From the NCBI GenBank assembly GCA_964514725.1, contig CAZEUL010000020.1:11394-75393 (forward strand): 64,000 nt of DNA, written 5' to 3'. A program made the position numbers and the translations under genes. Under the pieces are notes generated by a model that saw only the letters and a program-made list of their open reading frames with translations, was not told the DNA's origin and ran no database searches. Below, one piece after another: positions 31,529 through 40,227 of the stretch (position 1 is its first letter; each line of letters begins with the position of its first letter). Source of the stretch: an uncultured Rikenellaceae bacterium. Lineage in GTDB: Bacteria; Bacteroidota; Bacteroidia; Bacteroidales; VadinHA17.

Positions 31529-32473
31529 ATGAATTGGCAGATCCCTGAGAACTTATCTTTGAAAATCAAGGAAAGAGCTATTGAGCTTGGCTTTGATATC
31601 TGCGGCATTGCATTGGCACGATCGCTTGATGAATACGGGCCTGTTATAAGGAATTGGGTTGGTGCAGGGATGCACGACAGGATGGGATATCTTGCCAGAG
31701 ATATTGAAAAACGCCTTGATCCCAGAAATTTATTTCCTGATACAAGATCGCTTGTTGTAGTGGGCCTTAGCTATTATTCTGAGATAATGCAAAAAGAACC
31801 GCAGGTTCCAATTCTTTCACGTTATGTTTACGGGAGTGATTATCATGATGTTATTGAATCAAAGCTTGAATTTCTCTTTGAATTTATCAAAAGCCTGGAG
31901 CCAGGTGCCAAAGCTAAAATAGTAGTTGATACATCTTCACTTCTTGAGAAAGCATGGGGAATGGAAGCCGGACTTGGATGGCATGGTCGTAACTCAATTC
32001 TCATTAACAAAAAAATTGGATCATTCTTTTTCATAGGCATCCTTCTCCTTGATATTGATCTTAAACCTGATAAACCTTTTAGAGAAGATTTTTGCGGTGA
32101 ATGCAGATTATGTATTGAAAAGTGTCCTACAGGGGCCATCAACAATAATAGGACAATTGATGCAAGAAGATGCATTTCAAATCTGACCATAGAAAACAGG
32201 GGGCCCATCGCTCAGGATATACTACCCCTTATGGGCAGAAGGGTTTACGGTTGTGACATATGCCAGGAGATCTGTCCCTGGAACAGTAAATTAGAACCTA
32301 ATAAAAGCCCTGAATTGAAACTTGATGACGAAATAGCTAAGATGAAAAAGGAAGAGTGGATGAATCTTTCAAGGGGACAATTCTTAAGGCTCTTTAACCG
32401 GTCAGCAGCAAAGAGAATCAAGTATGAACAATTCATCAGTAATATAAGGGCAATCCTGGAGCATCCTGATTAA
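31529..32473 (+). CDS. queG: Epoxyqueuosine reductase
   Basis: 314 aa with two ferredoxin-type motifs, CGECRLCIEKCPTGAI and CDICQEICPWN, and QueG-like length and order. Confidence 0.9.
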   Translation: MNWQIPENLSLKIKERAIELGFDICGIALARSLDEYGPVIRNWVGAGMHDRMGYLARDIEKRLDPRNLFPDTRSLVVVGLSYYSEIMQKEPQVPILSRYVYGSDYHDVIESKLEFLFEFIKSLEPGAKAKIVVDTSSLLEKAWGMEAGLGWHGRNSILINKKIGSFFFIGILLLDIDLKPDKPFREDFCGECRLCIEKCPTGAINNNRTIDARRCISNLTIENRGPIAQDILPLMGRRVYGCDICQEICPWNSKLEPNKSPELKLDDEIAKMKKEEWMNLSRGQFLRLFNRSAAKRIKYEQFISNIRAILEHPD

Positions 32474-32475
32474 AA

Positions 32476-32883
32476 TTACCTGTCGCCAATTACAGTTATT
32501 ACAATTTCCCTTCTGCTTCTAGGTCCATCAAACTCACAGAAGAAGATATTCTGCCAGGTTGAGAGACCTGGTTTGCCGTCAATAACTGGTATGCTTTCGG
32601 AAGGACCAACAAGTCCTGCCTTAAGATGAGCGTCACCATTGTCATCCTGCCTGTCATGTTCCCATACTCCCGGGGGTACAAGTTTGTTCAGCAGGGTAAT
32701 TACATCATTCATAACTGACTGATCCCAGTTTTCCTGGATCATGATGGCAGCAGTTGCTCCTCTGGCATATACTGATGCAATACCATTCTTTATTCCGCTC
32801 TCCTTTATTATTCCTTCCACTTCTCCGGTTATATCATACAGTCCATTTCTGGAATAGGTACTCAGGGTTATTGTTTTTTGCAT
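32476..32883 (-). CDS. YjbQ-family protein (secondary thiamine-phosphate synthase fold)
   Basis: 135 aa matching the UPF0047/YjbQ pattern (...DITGEV..., NGDAHLKA..., FCEFDGPR). Confidence 0.85.
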   Translation of the reverse strand: MQKTITLSTYSRNGLYDITGEVEGIIKESGIKNGIASVYARGATAAIMIQENWDQSVMNDVITLLNKLVPPGVWEHDRQDDNGDAHLKAGLVGPSESIPVIDGKPGLSTWQNIFFCEFDGPRSRREIVITVIGDR

Positions 32884-32945
32884 TTTAGTTTTATTATAAA
32901 AAGTTTACAGTTTGTTTTTACCTTTCCTTATAAAATTACGTCTTA

Positions 32946-33518
32946 TTGAAAAACCATTCAACAGATTTGATAGAAAAAGAACTTATAGAAGAATGTATTA
33001 AAGGAGATCTGCACAATTTCAGGAAGGTTGTTGAAATTAGTACGCCATTTGTTTTCTCAGTTGCTTTCAGAATGCTGGGCGATTATGAAGAAGCCAGGGA
33101 TGTTGTTCAGGATACAATGGTCACTATATGGGGAAAGATGAAAAGAATAAAATCATCAGACAGTTACAAGACCTGGTTATACAGGATTACCATTAATAAA
33201 TGCTATGATTTGCTGCGGAAAAACAAACACAGAATTGAATACAGATATGATGATGAAACATGGGGCATTATTGCCAATCACATTTCTGAAGAGAAAATAT
33301 CTGAACTCGAAATTAGTGATAATGCACGAATAATTAACCTTCTGACAAATATGCTCAGTCCGAGGCAAAAATCGGTATTCATTCTTGCGGAATTAGAGCA
33401 ATTGTCGTATGAGGAAATAGCAAACATAACAGGGATGAATAAGTCATCTGTAAAATCAAATCTTTACTACGCAAGGAAAAATATTGAAGCGATAATCAGG
33501 GAAAAACTATTAAAATGA
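32946..33518 (+). CDS. ECF-type RNA polymerase sigma factor
   Basis: 190 aa with region 2 (DVVQDTMVTIW, WLYRITINKCYDLLRK) and a region 4 HTH (SYEEIANITGMNKSSVKSNLYYARK). The start appears to be TTG. Confidence 0.85.
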   Translation: MKNHSTDLIEKELIEECIKGDLHNFRKVVEISTPFVFSVAFRMLGDYEEARDVVQDTMVTIWGKMKRIKSSDSYKTWLYRITINKCYDLLRKNKHRIEYRYDDETWGIIANHISEEKISELEISDNARIINLLTNMLSPRQKSVFILAELEQLSYEEIANITGMNKSSVKSNLYYARKNIEAIIREKLLK

Positions 33519-34060
33519 TGCCGGAAGACAGAAACTACAGACAACTATTAGAGATTCTCAGAGAATCAAAACCAGTCATGCCTGATCCGGATGGCATTGA
33601 AAACGAAATCATCAAACGGATAAAGGAAAAACAGGAGAAACCATCCAGAACTGAGGTCCTTACTGATAGAATCTTTGGATGGGTTTATATCGGTTGGGTG
33701 AGGAGGAGCCTCATTGCGGCTTGTGTGTTTATCATTCTTGTGTTTGTATACCAGCAGACGATAATCATGAGTCAGATTAAACACATAAGCAGACAATCGG
33801 TGGTGATAACCAATGAACTGAGATCATTTCCAAGTGAAGATGCCGGGAAAAAACTAACCATTCTCAGGCTGTCAAACAAGTTTCGCTCTGCTGAAGACTT
33901 GGGAATTTCCGAAAGTCAGCTCGAGAATTTATTAAAATCTTACGATGAACTGGAACTGAAATACAGGAATCTTCTGAAATTAATCAATGAAGATCCTGAA
34001 CTAAAGGCTTATATTGAAAAGAGGCTAAAAGAGGATTTAAATAAAATGTCTGATTTATAG
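33515..34060 (+). CDS. Single-pass membrane protein, putative anti-sigma factor
   Basis: The ATGA overlap with the sigma gene stop suggests translational coupling. There is one TM segment (LIAACVFIILVFVYQQTIIM) after a cytoplasmic N-terminus of about 60 aa. No zinc-binding HxxxCxxC motif is present. The role is inferred from context only. Confidence 0.45.
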   Translation: MMPEDRNYRQLLEILRESKPVMPDPDGIENEIIKRIKEKQEKPSRTEVLTDRIFGWVYIGWVRRSLIAACVFIILVFVYQQTIIMSQIKHISRQSVVITNELRSFPSEDAGKKLTILRLSNKFRSAEDLGISESQLENLLKSYDELELKYRNLLKLINEDPELKAYIEKRLKEDLNKMSDL

Positions 34061-34064
34061 AGAT

Positions 34065-35120
34065 ATGAAAAGGAGAAAAGTAAAAACAATAATATCCGTG
34101 ATGTTGCTGATAGTTGCGTCATGCGATGAACCGGAGACAACAGTGACCAACATTGTTCATACCGACGGATCTGTAACCAGAAGAATTGAAATGAAGAGTA
34201 AAAAAAATGTTTTTAAGATCTCTGACATTCAGGTTCCGCTTGACTCTACCTGGATTGTCAAAGATTCAATGGAGGTTGGATCTGACGGGGATACAATTTG
34301 GATAAAACGTGCTGAAAAAATCTTTCATGACGTAGATGCAATTAACAGAGAATACTTATCTGACAGCGGTGCAAATAAAGATATTAAACGTTATGCACAA
34401 TACAGTAAGCAATTCAAATGGTTTAATACCAAATACAGATTCTCAGAGGTCATTGACAAAAAGCTTGATTGTGATCATTACCTGTCAGATTTTCTGGATC
34501 AGGATGAACTCAGGTGGTTCTTTAGTCCTGCCAGTGTCACCCAACAAAAGAAATCAGGACCTGACAGTTTAAAGTACAAAGCTTTCGGCGATACTGTGGA
34601 CAAGAAGAGTGAAAGATGGATCTATAAGTGTCTGATGACAGAATTCATATCAGAATTCACTAATCTGATCAGTGGCAGGGAGGGTGCAAACAGAGTCGCT
34701 GATTCTTTGAAATCGCATGAAGATTATATGCTGAAGATAATCGAAAAGAATAACAACGAGATTGATAGTCTTTGGTCAGATGAACTTTTACTTGAAGAAA
34801 TCACCGGTACCCCGGATGCACTAAAATTCAAATCTGAAGCTGATTCTGCAATAAATCTTGCCATTGCTAAAGTAGCATTCGATTTTAAGGAATACACTGT
34901 ACGAATAAATATGCCGGGTAAGCTGACTGCAACAAATGGTTTTATCGATACCACCGGGCGGTCAGTGCTATGGCCTGTCAGGTCAGATTTCTTTCTGACA
35001 GAGAGATATGAAATGTTTGCTGAATCCCAGGTCAGTAATAAGTGGGCGTGGGTTATTACTGCGATTTTTGTGCTCTTTGTTTTTACCGGGATTATCATAA
35101 GACGAAAAGAAAAAGGCTGA
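34065..35120 (+). CDS. Lipoprotein of unknown function with an additional C-terminal TM anchor
   Basis: It starts 4 nt after the upstream gene. It has a lipobox (LLIVASC) and a C-terminal hydrophobic helix plus basic tail (WAWVITAIFVLFVFTGIIIRRKEKG). I recognise no family. Confidence 0.65.
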   Translation: MKRRKVKTIISVMLLIVASCDEPETTVTNIVHTDGSVTRRIEMKSKKNVFKISDIQVPLDSTWIVKDSMEVGSDGDTIWIKRAEKIFHDVDAINREYLSDSGANKDIKRYAQYSKQFKWFNTKYRFSEVIDKKLDCDHYLSDFLDQDELRWFFSPASVTQQKKSGPDSLKYKAFGDTVDKKSERWIYKCLMTEFISEFTNLISGREGANRVADSLKSHEDYMLKIIEKNNNEIDSLWSDELLLEEITGTPDALKFKSEADSAINLAIAKVAFDFKEYTVRINMPGKLTATNGFIDTTGRSVLWPVRSDFFLTERYEMFAESQVSNKWAWVITAIFVLFVFTGIIIRRKEKG

Positions 35121-35136
35121 TGATTTCAGCCTTTTT
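35111..35136. terminator. Bidirectional intrinsic terminator shared by the convergent lipoprotein operon and the second ECF sigma gene
   Basis: AAAAGGCTGA-TGATT-TCAGCCTTTT forms a 10-bp stem with an A-run on one side and a T-run on the other. The TGA stop of the + strand gene lies inside the stem. Confidence 0.65.
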
Positions 35137-35183
35137 CTTATTTAATAAACCTAATTAACCTAATAAAACCAGAAATCCGTATT

Positions 35184-35702
35184 TTAACTATTATAGTCTT
35201 TAAGCATCAGCATCAGCTTCTGTCTGGTAAAAAAGATCCTGCTTTTAACAGTGCCGATCTTTAATCCAAGCTTTTCAGCAATTTCATGATATTTAAATCC
35301 TTCAATATGCATTTTGAAAGGGATTCTGAAATCGTCGCTCAGAGAGTCAATTGCTTTATGAATTTCCTCTTCAGCATAGCTAGATTCAGGAGAGGCAAAT
35401 CCTTTATCATGGGGCATATTCAGATAATAAAGATCCTGAGTGCCGTCGATGATCGTATTTTCTTTTACATTCCGCCTGTAGTTATTTATAAAAGTATTTT
35501 TCATTATTGTGAAAACCCAGGCCTTTAGGTTCGTATAGTCCACAAATTTATCTTTGTAAGTAATTGCTTTAAGATAGGTATCCTGGACCAGATCGAGTGC
35601 AGTTTCACGGTCTGCAGTGAGGCTCATTGCGAACCTTTGCAGGTTGCTTTTCATTTCAAGCAGATTGTTATTGAATTCATATATTGTCATGGCATTTATC
35701 AT
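35184..35702 (-). CDS. ECF-type RNA polymerase sigma factor (no adjacent anti-sigma gene)
   Basis: 172 aa with region 2 (DLVQDTYLKA, WVFTIMKNTFINNYRR) and a region 4 HTH (KYHEIAEKLGLKIGTVKSRIFFTRQKL). Confidence 0.85.
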   Translation of the reverse strand: MINAMTIYEFNNNLLEMKSNLQRFAMSLTADRETALDLVQDTYLKAITYKDKFVDYTNLKAWVFTIMKNTFINNYRRNVKENTIIDGTQDLYYLNMPHDKGFASPESSYAEEEIHKAIDSLSDDFRIPFKMHIEGFKYHEIAEKLGLKIGTVKSRIFFTRQKLMLMLKDYNS

Positions 35703-36000
35703 TTAGTTTGACAAATATATAAAAATATAAAAAGATATACAACTCTTAATATCTTAAAATCCTGTTATTCCAGGCTTGTTCTAAAACTCTTAGATTTATA
35801 ATATATTGTAAACAAATAAATTAAATAGCAATTTTCATTTGTATTCTAAGTTTAAAACAAATAGTTGATATTATTAGCCAGATCAATAGAATGGAGTAAA
35901 AGTGATAAAACTTACCCTTCCCGGATTCTAAGGCGAAAGATGTATTTTAATTCCTGTTAAGGTTATTAGCTATTTCTTTACTACTTTTAAAACAAAAAGC

Positions 36001-36825
36001 ATGGATCTAAATATCAGGTTGAAAAACGGGGTGGTTCTCCGGGGAGTAATTAAAAGTCCGGGTTCAGATATAAAAGCTTTAATAATAATGGTTCATGGAT
36101 TGGGTGAACATATACGGAGATATGCTTTATGGGCTGAATGGTTCAGCAGTAAATCAATAGGATTTTTAGGGGTTGATCTTCCCGGGCACGGGAAATCAGA
36201 TGGAAAAAGGGGGCATATCAGATCATACAATCAGGTTTATGAAATGATTGACATTCTTTTGGCAGAATCAAAAAAGACGTTTCTGGGTGTTCCGGTTTTT
36301 CTATATGGGCACAGCCTGGGAGGAGGAATAGTAATTAATTTCTTAATAGACAAAGCACCCGAGATCAGGGGGGCAATTGTCAGTTCTCCCTGGATCAGGC
36401 TTGCCTTTGAACCTGACAGAATCAAGATTAAACTTGCTTCAATAGCAAAGAACTTTATTCCAGGATTATCGCAACCAAACGGACTGAATGTTGATCATAT
36501 CTCAAATGATAAGGAAGTTGTCAAGGAATATATTAATGACCCTCTGGTTCATGACAAAATTTCGGTCAGCCTGGTCCATGAGGCATTCAGGGCTGGCGCA
36601 AGGGCTCTTGAGGATGCTCATGAGCTTAGGACCCCAATGCTGTTGATTCATGGTAGTGATGATAAAATCTGTTCGCCTGAAGGTAGTCGAGAATTTGCGT
36701 CAAAAACCAAAATGGCTGAACTTAAAATTTGGGAAGGAGGTTATCATGAGCTCCATAATGAAATATTTAAGAGGGATGTGTTTAACTTTGTAGCAGACTG
36801 GATAAGCAAAAAGGTCGAATCATAG
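36001..36825 (+). CDS. Alpha/beta hydrolase (lysophospholipase / monoacylglycerol-lipase-like)
   Basis: 274 aa with an HG oxyanion motif (MVHGLGEH), the nucleophile elbow GHSLGG, and a C-terminal D...H (HGSDD, YHELHNE). Confidence 0.8.
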   Translation: MDLNIRLKNGVVLRGVIKSPGSDIKALIIMVHGLGEHIRRYALWAEWFSSKSIGFLGVDLPGHGKSDGKRGHIRSYNQVYEMIDILLAESKKTFLGVPVFLYGHSLGGGIVINFLIDKAPEIRGAIVSSPWIRLAFEPDRIKIKLASIAKNFIPGLSQPNGLNVDHISNDKEVVKEYINDPLVHDKISVSLVHEAFRAGARALEDAHELRTPMLLIHGSDDKICSPEGSREFASKTKMAELKIWEGGYHELHNEIFKRDVFNFVADWISKKVES

Positions 36826-36839
36826 ATTCCCAAAAGGCA

Positions 36840-37823
36840 ATGGAGTTAAGGACAACATTCATAGTACCTCCTTCAGAAAAGAAAATTTCATATAGTACGC
36901 CATCGGTATTCATTGGGTCATGCTTTGCAACATCAATTGGCAGACAGTTTGAACTAGGACGGATGCCAGTAGTAATTAATCCTTTTGGAACTGTTTACAA
37001 TCCTGCATCGGTATACAATACCATAAATACAATTATTGCAAAGAAGGAATACTCTTTTAAGGATTTGTTTAATTATGAAGGGAAGTGGCTGAGCTTCAGT
37101 CATTACACAGACTTTTCATCTGTGAATCCTGAGGTTTTACTTGAAAGAATAAACAGGAATATTTTCACTGCCAGCAGTTTTTTGTCTGTTTCGAAATTTC
37201 TGTTTATAACATTTGGAACTGCATGGGTATATGAATTGAAACAGACAGGCAGGATAGTTTCAAATTGTCATAAGCTGCCTGCATCTGAATTTACCCGCAG
37301 GATGCTTTCTGTAGAAGAGATAACTTCAATTTGGACCGAATTGCTTGTGAACCTGAGTAGCCGTTTTCCAGAGTTGCAAATAGTATTTACAGTCAGTCCT
37401 GTCAGATATATGAAAGATGGAGCTCATTCAAACCAGATAAGTAAATCAATCCTTTTTCTCGCAATTGAAGAACTTCAGGAGCGATTTCCCTCCGTTGGTT
37501 ATTTTCCTGCTTATGAGCTGATAATGGATGATCTCCGTGATTACCGTTTCTATGAAAATGATATGCTTCACCCTTCAACAGCTGCCATTGAATATATCTG
37601 GGAAGTTTTTAAAGACTCCTATTTTGATGAAAAATCAATCGGTATTTATCAGGAGATAGCTAAAATTATAAAAGCCAGAGAACATAAAATTCATTCGGAT
37701 TCTTCTGTACAGATAAAAAAATTTGCAATCGGCATGATTGAAAAGATTGATTCACTTGTTGCAAAATATCCCTTTATTGAATTACAAGCTGATAAGGAGT
37801 ACTTTTCAAAACTTATCAAATAG
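36840..37823 (+). CDS. GSCFA-domain protein
   Basis: The eponymous motif FIGSCFA lies near the N-terminus. At 327 aa the protein is typical of the Bacteroidota GSCFA family. Confidence 0.8.
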   Translation: MELRTTFIVPPSEKKISYSTPSVFIGSCFATSIGRQFELGRMPVVINPFGTVYNPASVYNTINTIIAKKEYSFKDLFNYEGKWLSFSHYTDFSSVNPEVLLERINRNIFTASSFLSVSKFLFITFGTAWVYELKQTGRIVSNCHKLPASEFTRRMLSVEEITSIWTELLVNLSSRFPELQIVFTVSPVRYMKDGAHSNQISKSILFLAIEELQERFPSVGYFPAYELIMDDLRDYRFYENDMLHPSTAAIEYIWEVFKDSYFDEKSIGIYQEIAKIIKAREHKIHSDSSVQIKKFAIGMIEKIDSLVAKYPFIELQADKEYFSKLIK

Positions 37824-37918
37824 GAACAAATAAACTTCTCTAAAGGTCAACGATGAATGATTAACAGATTGAAACAACAGTCTGAATGCAGTTATTTGGA
37901 TAAAAAACCGTTCTCTTT

Positions 37919-38809
37919 TCAGGAGAACAGGTTGATGAATTCCTGCGGATTTCTGGTGACAACGATATTTTCGGGGATCTTTATTTTCCAGGGTTCCTGA
38001 GAATCTGTGAAGACTATCTTTTTTATGAACAAAGATTTACCAATATTACTGAAGTAAACAATTCTTTTATCAGTAAAGTCAAAAGTACCTGAGTTTACAA
38101 TAAGTATGCTGAAGGGTTTTATCTTGTGGATTTCAATTACTTCAGAAGCAGGTAATATTCCTCCTGTAAATATTACGTCATAACCACGTTTCCTGAGAAC
38201 ATATTTATAAAACAGGAAATTATTTTCTGACATATTATCAGATGTGTTGATCATGGCTACGGTAGATTTTGTATTCAATGAGGAGACGCTGAGTTCAAAG
38301 TCCTCAGTAATAAGTATCTGCCTTATGATGTTCCTGATGAACTGTTCCTGGGCTCTTGACAGGCTGCCTGTCTGCCAAAGTATTCTTGATTTTTCGAGCA
38401 AAGGATAAAAATATGATGTATAAGCTTTTTCAAGGCCATATCGTCTGATTAGAGGTAACAGAACACCAATGAATTGCTGATCGTTGAATTTGCTTGCCGA
38501 CATAAGGATTTTTCCAGGCTGGTAATCCGCATCAATTGTATCATTACGACTGTTTATTTCCCTTACCTCTCTTGATAGCTCATCATCATCAAGCAATGCT
38601 ATTTTCGAAATTTTAAGCCCGTTCCTGTTAAGATAGGCAACATTAAGTATCTTTTTTAGATCTGATTCACTATATGTTCTTATATTGGAATCAGTCCTGT
38701 CAGGCTCCAGAATTTTATACCTTTTTTCCCATATTCTGATTGTATGGGCTTTTATTCCCGAGAAATTTTCAAGATCCTTTATTGAGAAAACATTTATCCC
38801 CTCTTCCAT
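37919..38809 (-). CDS. MerR-family regulator with CarH/LitR-like (B12-binding-type) C-terminal domain
   Basis: The N-terminal MerR HTH reads FSIKDLENFSGIKAHTIRIWEKRY. The middle helical bundle reads LWQTGSLSRAQEQF (Wx9E then Q). The C-terminus is Rossmann-like (RGYDVIFTGG). The expected His ligand positions are not His. Confidence 0.7.
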   Translation of the reverse strand: MEEGINVFSIKDLENFSGIKAHTIRIWEKRYKILEPDRTDSNIRTYSESDLKKILNVAYLNRNGLKISKIALLDDDELSREVREINSRNDTIDADYQPGKILMSASKFNDQQFIGVLLPLIRRYGLEKAYTSYFYPLLEKSRILWQTGSLSRAQEQFIRNIIRQILITEDFELSVSSLNTKSTVAMINTSDNMSENNFLFYKYVLRKRGYDVIFTGGILPASEVIEIHKIKPFSILIVNSGTFDFTDKRIVYFSNIGKSLFIKKIVFTDSQEPWKIKIPENIVVTRNPQEFINLFS

Positions 38810-38952
38810 AATAACACAATATTTCTAACTGACGGAAATATACAATCACCAAATGTTAAACAATCCAAATAGAAGGTTGTTATTAAATGAGGCAAAAATC
38901 TTTTGTTTTGACAGGATCCTTCCCCATGAATCCCTTTTTTCAGATAATAAAC

Positions 38953-39333
38953 TTAATCTGGATTCTCAATCATAATCTTCTTTACCACCCTTGAACCATC
39001 ATTAAAGGCAATCGTAACAAGATACATACCCTTTTTGGGGTTTTCAAGAAGGACTTTTGTAAATGACTGAGGATTCTTATATTGAGCCCTGAAAATATCC
39101 TGGCCTATCATGTTTGTTACCTTTACAAGTTTCATCTCTTTATCAGTTTTTATCGAAAAGCTGTTAAACCTGACAGGTACCGGATAAATACTGATATTCG
39201 GGCTTGTATTTTCTCTCAAATAAGCCTTTGATGAAAAGTTGCTGAAAAGATTAATGGTATCCTTCTGAGCCTGAAGAGGCAAGGTAAAAATCAAAAGAGA
39301 GATGGCGAGTAAACTCTTTTTCATGAATACCAT
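38953..39333 (-). CDS. Small secreted protein consisting essentially of a T9SS type-A C-terminal sorting domain
   Basis: It has a signal peptide (KKSLLAISLLIFTLPLQAQ). The C-terminal 80 aa or so resemble a Por secretion tail (IYPVPV..., VTNMIGQ..., GMYLVTI..., KKIMI). The alternative start is 39324. Confidence 0.65.
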   Translation of the reverse strand: MVFMKKSLLAISLLIFTLPLQAQKDTINLFSNFSSKAYLRENTSPNISIYPVPVRFNSFSIKTDKEMKLVKVTNMIGQDIFRAQYKNPQSFTKVLLENPKKGMYLVTIAFNDGSRVVKKIMIENPD

Positions 39334-39373
39334 TTTTCAAACATTATATAACACAAAAACTGTGCTAAATATA

Positions 39374-40153
39374 CTACAAATTATTGGAATCCGTAATAAA
39401 TGATTTTGCTTTTTCCAGATCTGAAGGAATATCAATACACAGACTTTCCCAATGTGTAACTGCTGTTCTGATTTTGTATCCGTTTTCAATCCATCTGTTC
39501 TGTTCAAGTGATTCAGCAAGCTCCAACGAGCTCTGATTCAGTTTTGTGATTTTCTCAAGAGTGGCGGTCTTGTATGCATAAAGGCCTAAATGTTTAAAGT
39601 ACTGATGATGAGAGGTCCAGTCATTCATTTCGGAATCTCTTACAAATGGGATTGCTGCCCGGCTGAAATAAATAGCATTACCTGAGATGTCGATTATTAC
39701 CTTCGGCTGATTTGGATTGAATATATCCTCTGATGGCAGAACTTTCCTGACAAGAGTTGCTATTTCAACAGAAGGATCAGTAAAACACGATTTTAAAAGT
39801 TCGATCTGTTCAGGTCGTATAAACGGCTCATCACCCTGAATATTAACAATCACATCGAATTCAGTTTTAAATTCATCTCTGATTATGGAAACAGCCTCAG
39901 CACAACGATCAGTTCCACTCCTGTGCAATGTTGAAGTCATTATTCCTTTCCCTCCAAAGCTGTTGACCAGTGCAAGGATTCTTTCATCGTCGGTGGCAAC
40001 AAAAACAGCATTCGATGATTTGGCCGCCTGTTCATATACCCTCTGAATCATTGGTTTCCCGCCTATAAGGGCCAGTGGTTTTCCAGGGAACCTGGAGGAT
40101 GCATAACGTGCAGGAATTATGCAGGCAAAATTGTAGTTTTCGGCAGTTTTCAT
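39374..40153 (-). CDS. kdsB: 3-deoxy-manno-octulosonate cytidylyltransferase (CMP-KDO synthetase)
   Basis: 259 aa with IIPARYASSRFPGKPL, GTDRCAEA and NIQGDEP. Confidence 0.92.
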   Translation of the reverse strand: MKTAENYNFACIIPARYASSRFPGKPLALIGGKPMIQRVYEQAAKSSNAVFVATDDERILALVNSFGGKGIMTSTLHRSGTDRCAEAVSIIRDEFKTEFDVIVNIQGDEPFIRPEQIELLKSCFTDPSVEIATLVRKVLPSEDIFNPNQPKVIIDISGNAIYFSRAAIPFVRDSEMNDWTSHHQYFKHLGLYAYKTATLEKITKLNQSSLELAESLEQNRWIENGYKIRTAVTHWESLCIDIPSDLEKAKSFITDSNNL

Positions 40154-40227
40154 AGGGCTAATTTAAGAAAATACAATTTCCCAATGTTTTAAAAATATCT
40201 TAAATTCGCACCATCTTAATTCATTGT

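Noticed and set aside
37885-37935. Hairpin AACCGTTCTC/GAGAACAGGTT between the GSCFA and MerR genes, as a bidirectional terminator
   Set aside because: The stem is imperfect (one bulge), partly inside the MerR coding end, and lacks a clear U-tract on either side. It is plausible but too weak to annotate.
38862-38875. 14-nt word AATCCAAATAGAAG shared with 43662-43675 (both intergenic)
   Set aside because: In 64 kb of AT-rich sequence, several 14-mer coincidences are expected by chance. The flanks do not align.
39337-39519. 60-aa ORF overlapping the 3' end of kdsB
   Set aside because: It is out of frame within the well-supported kdsB CDS.
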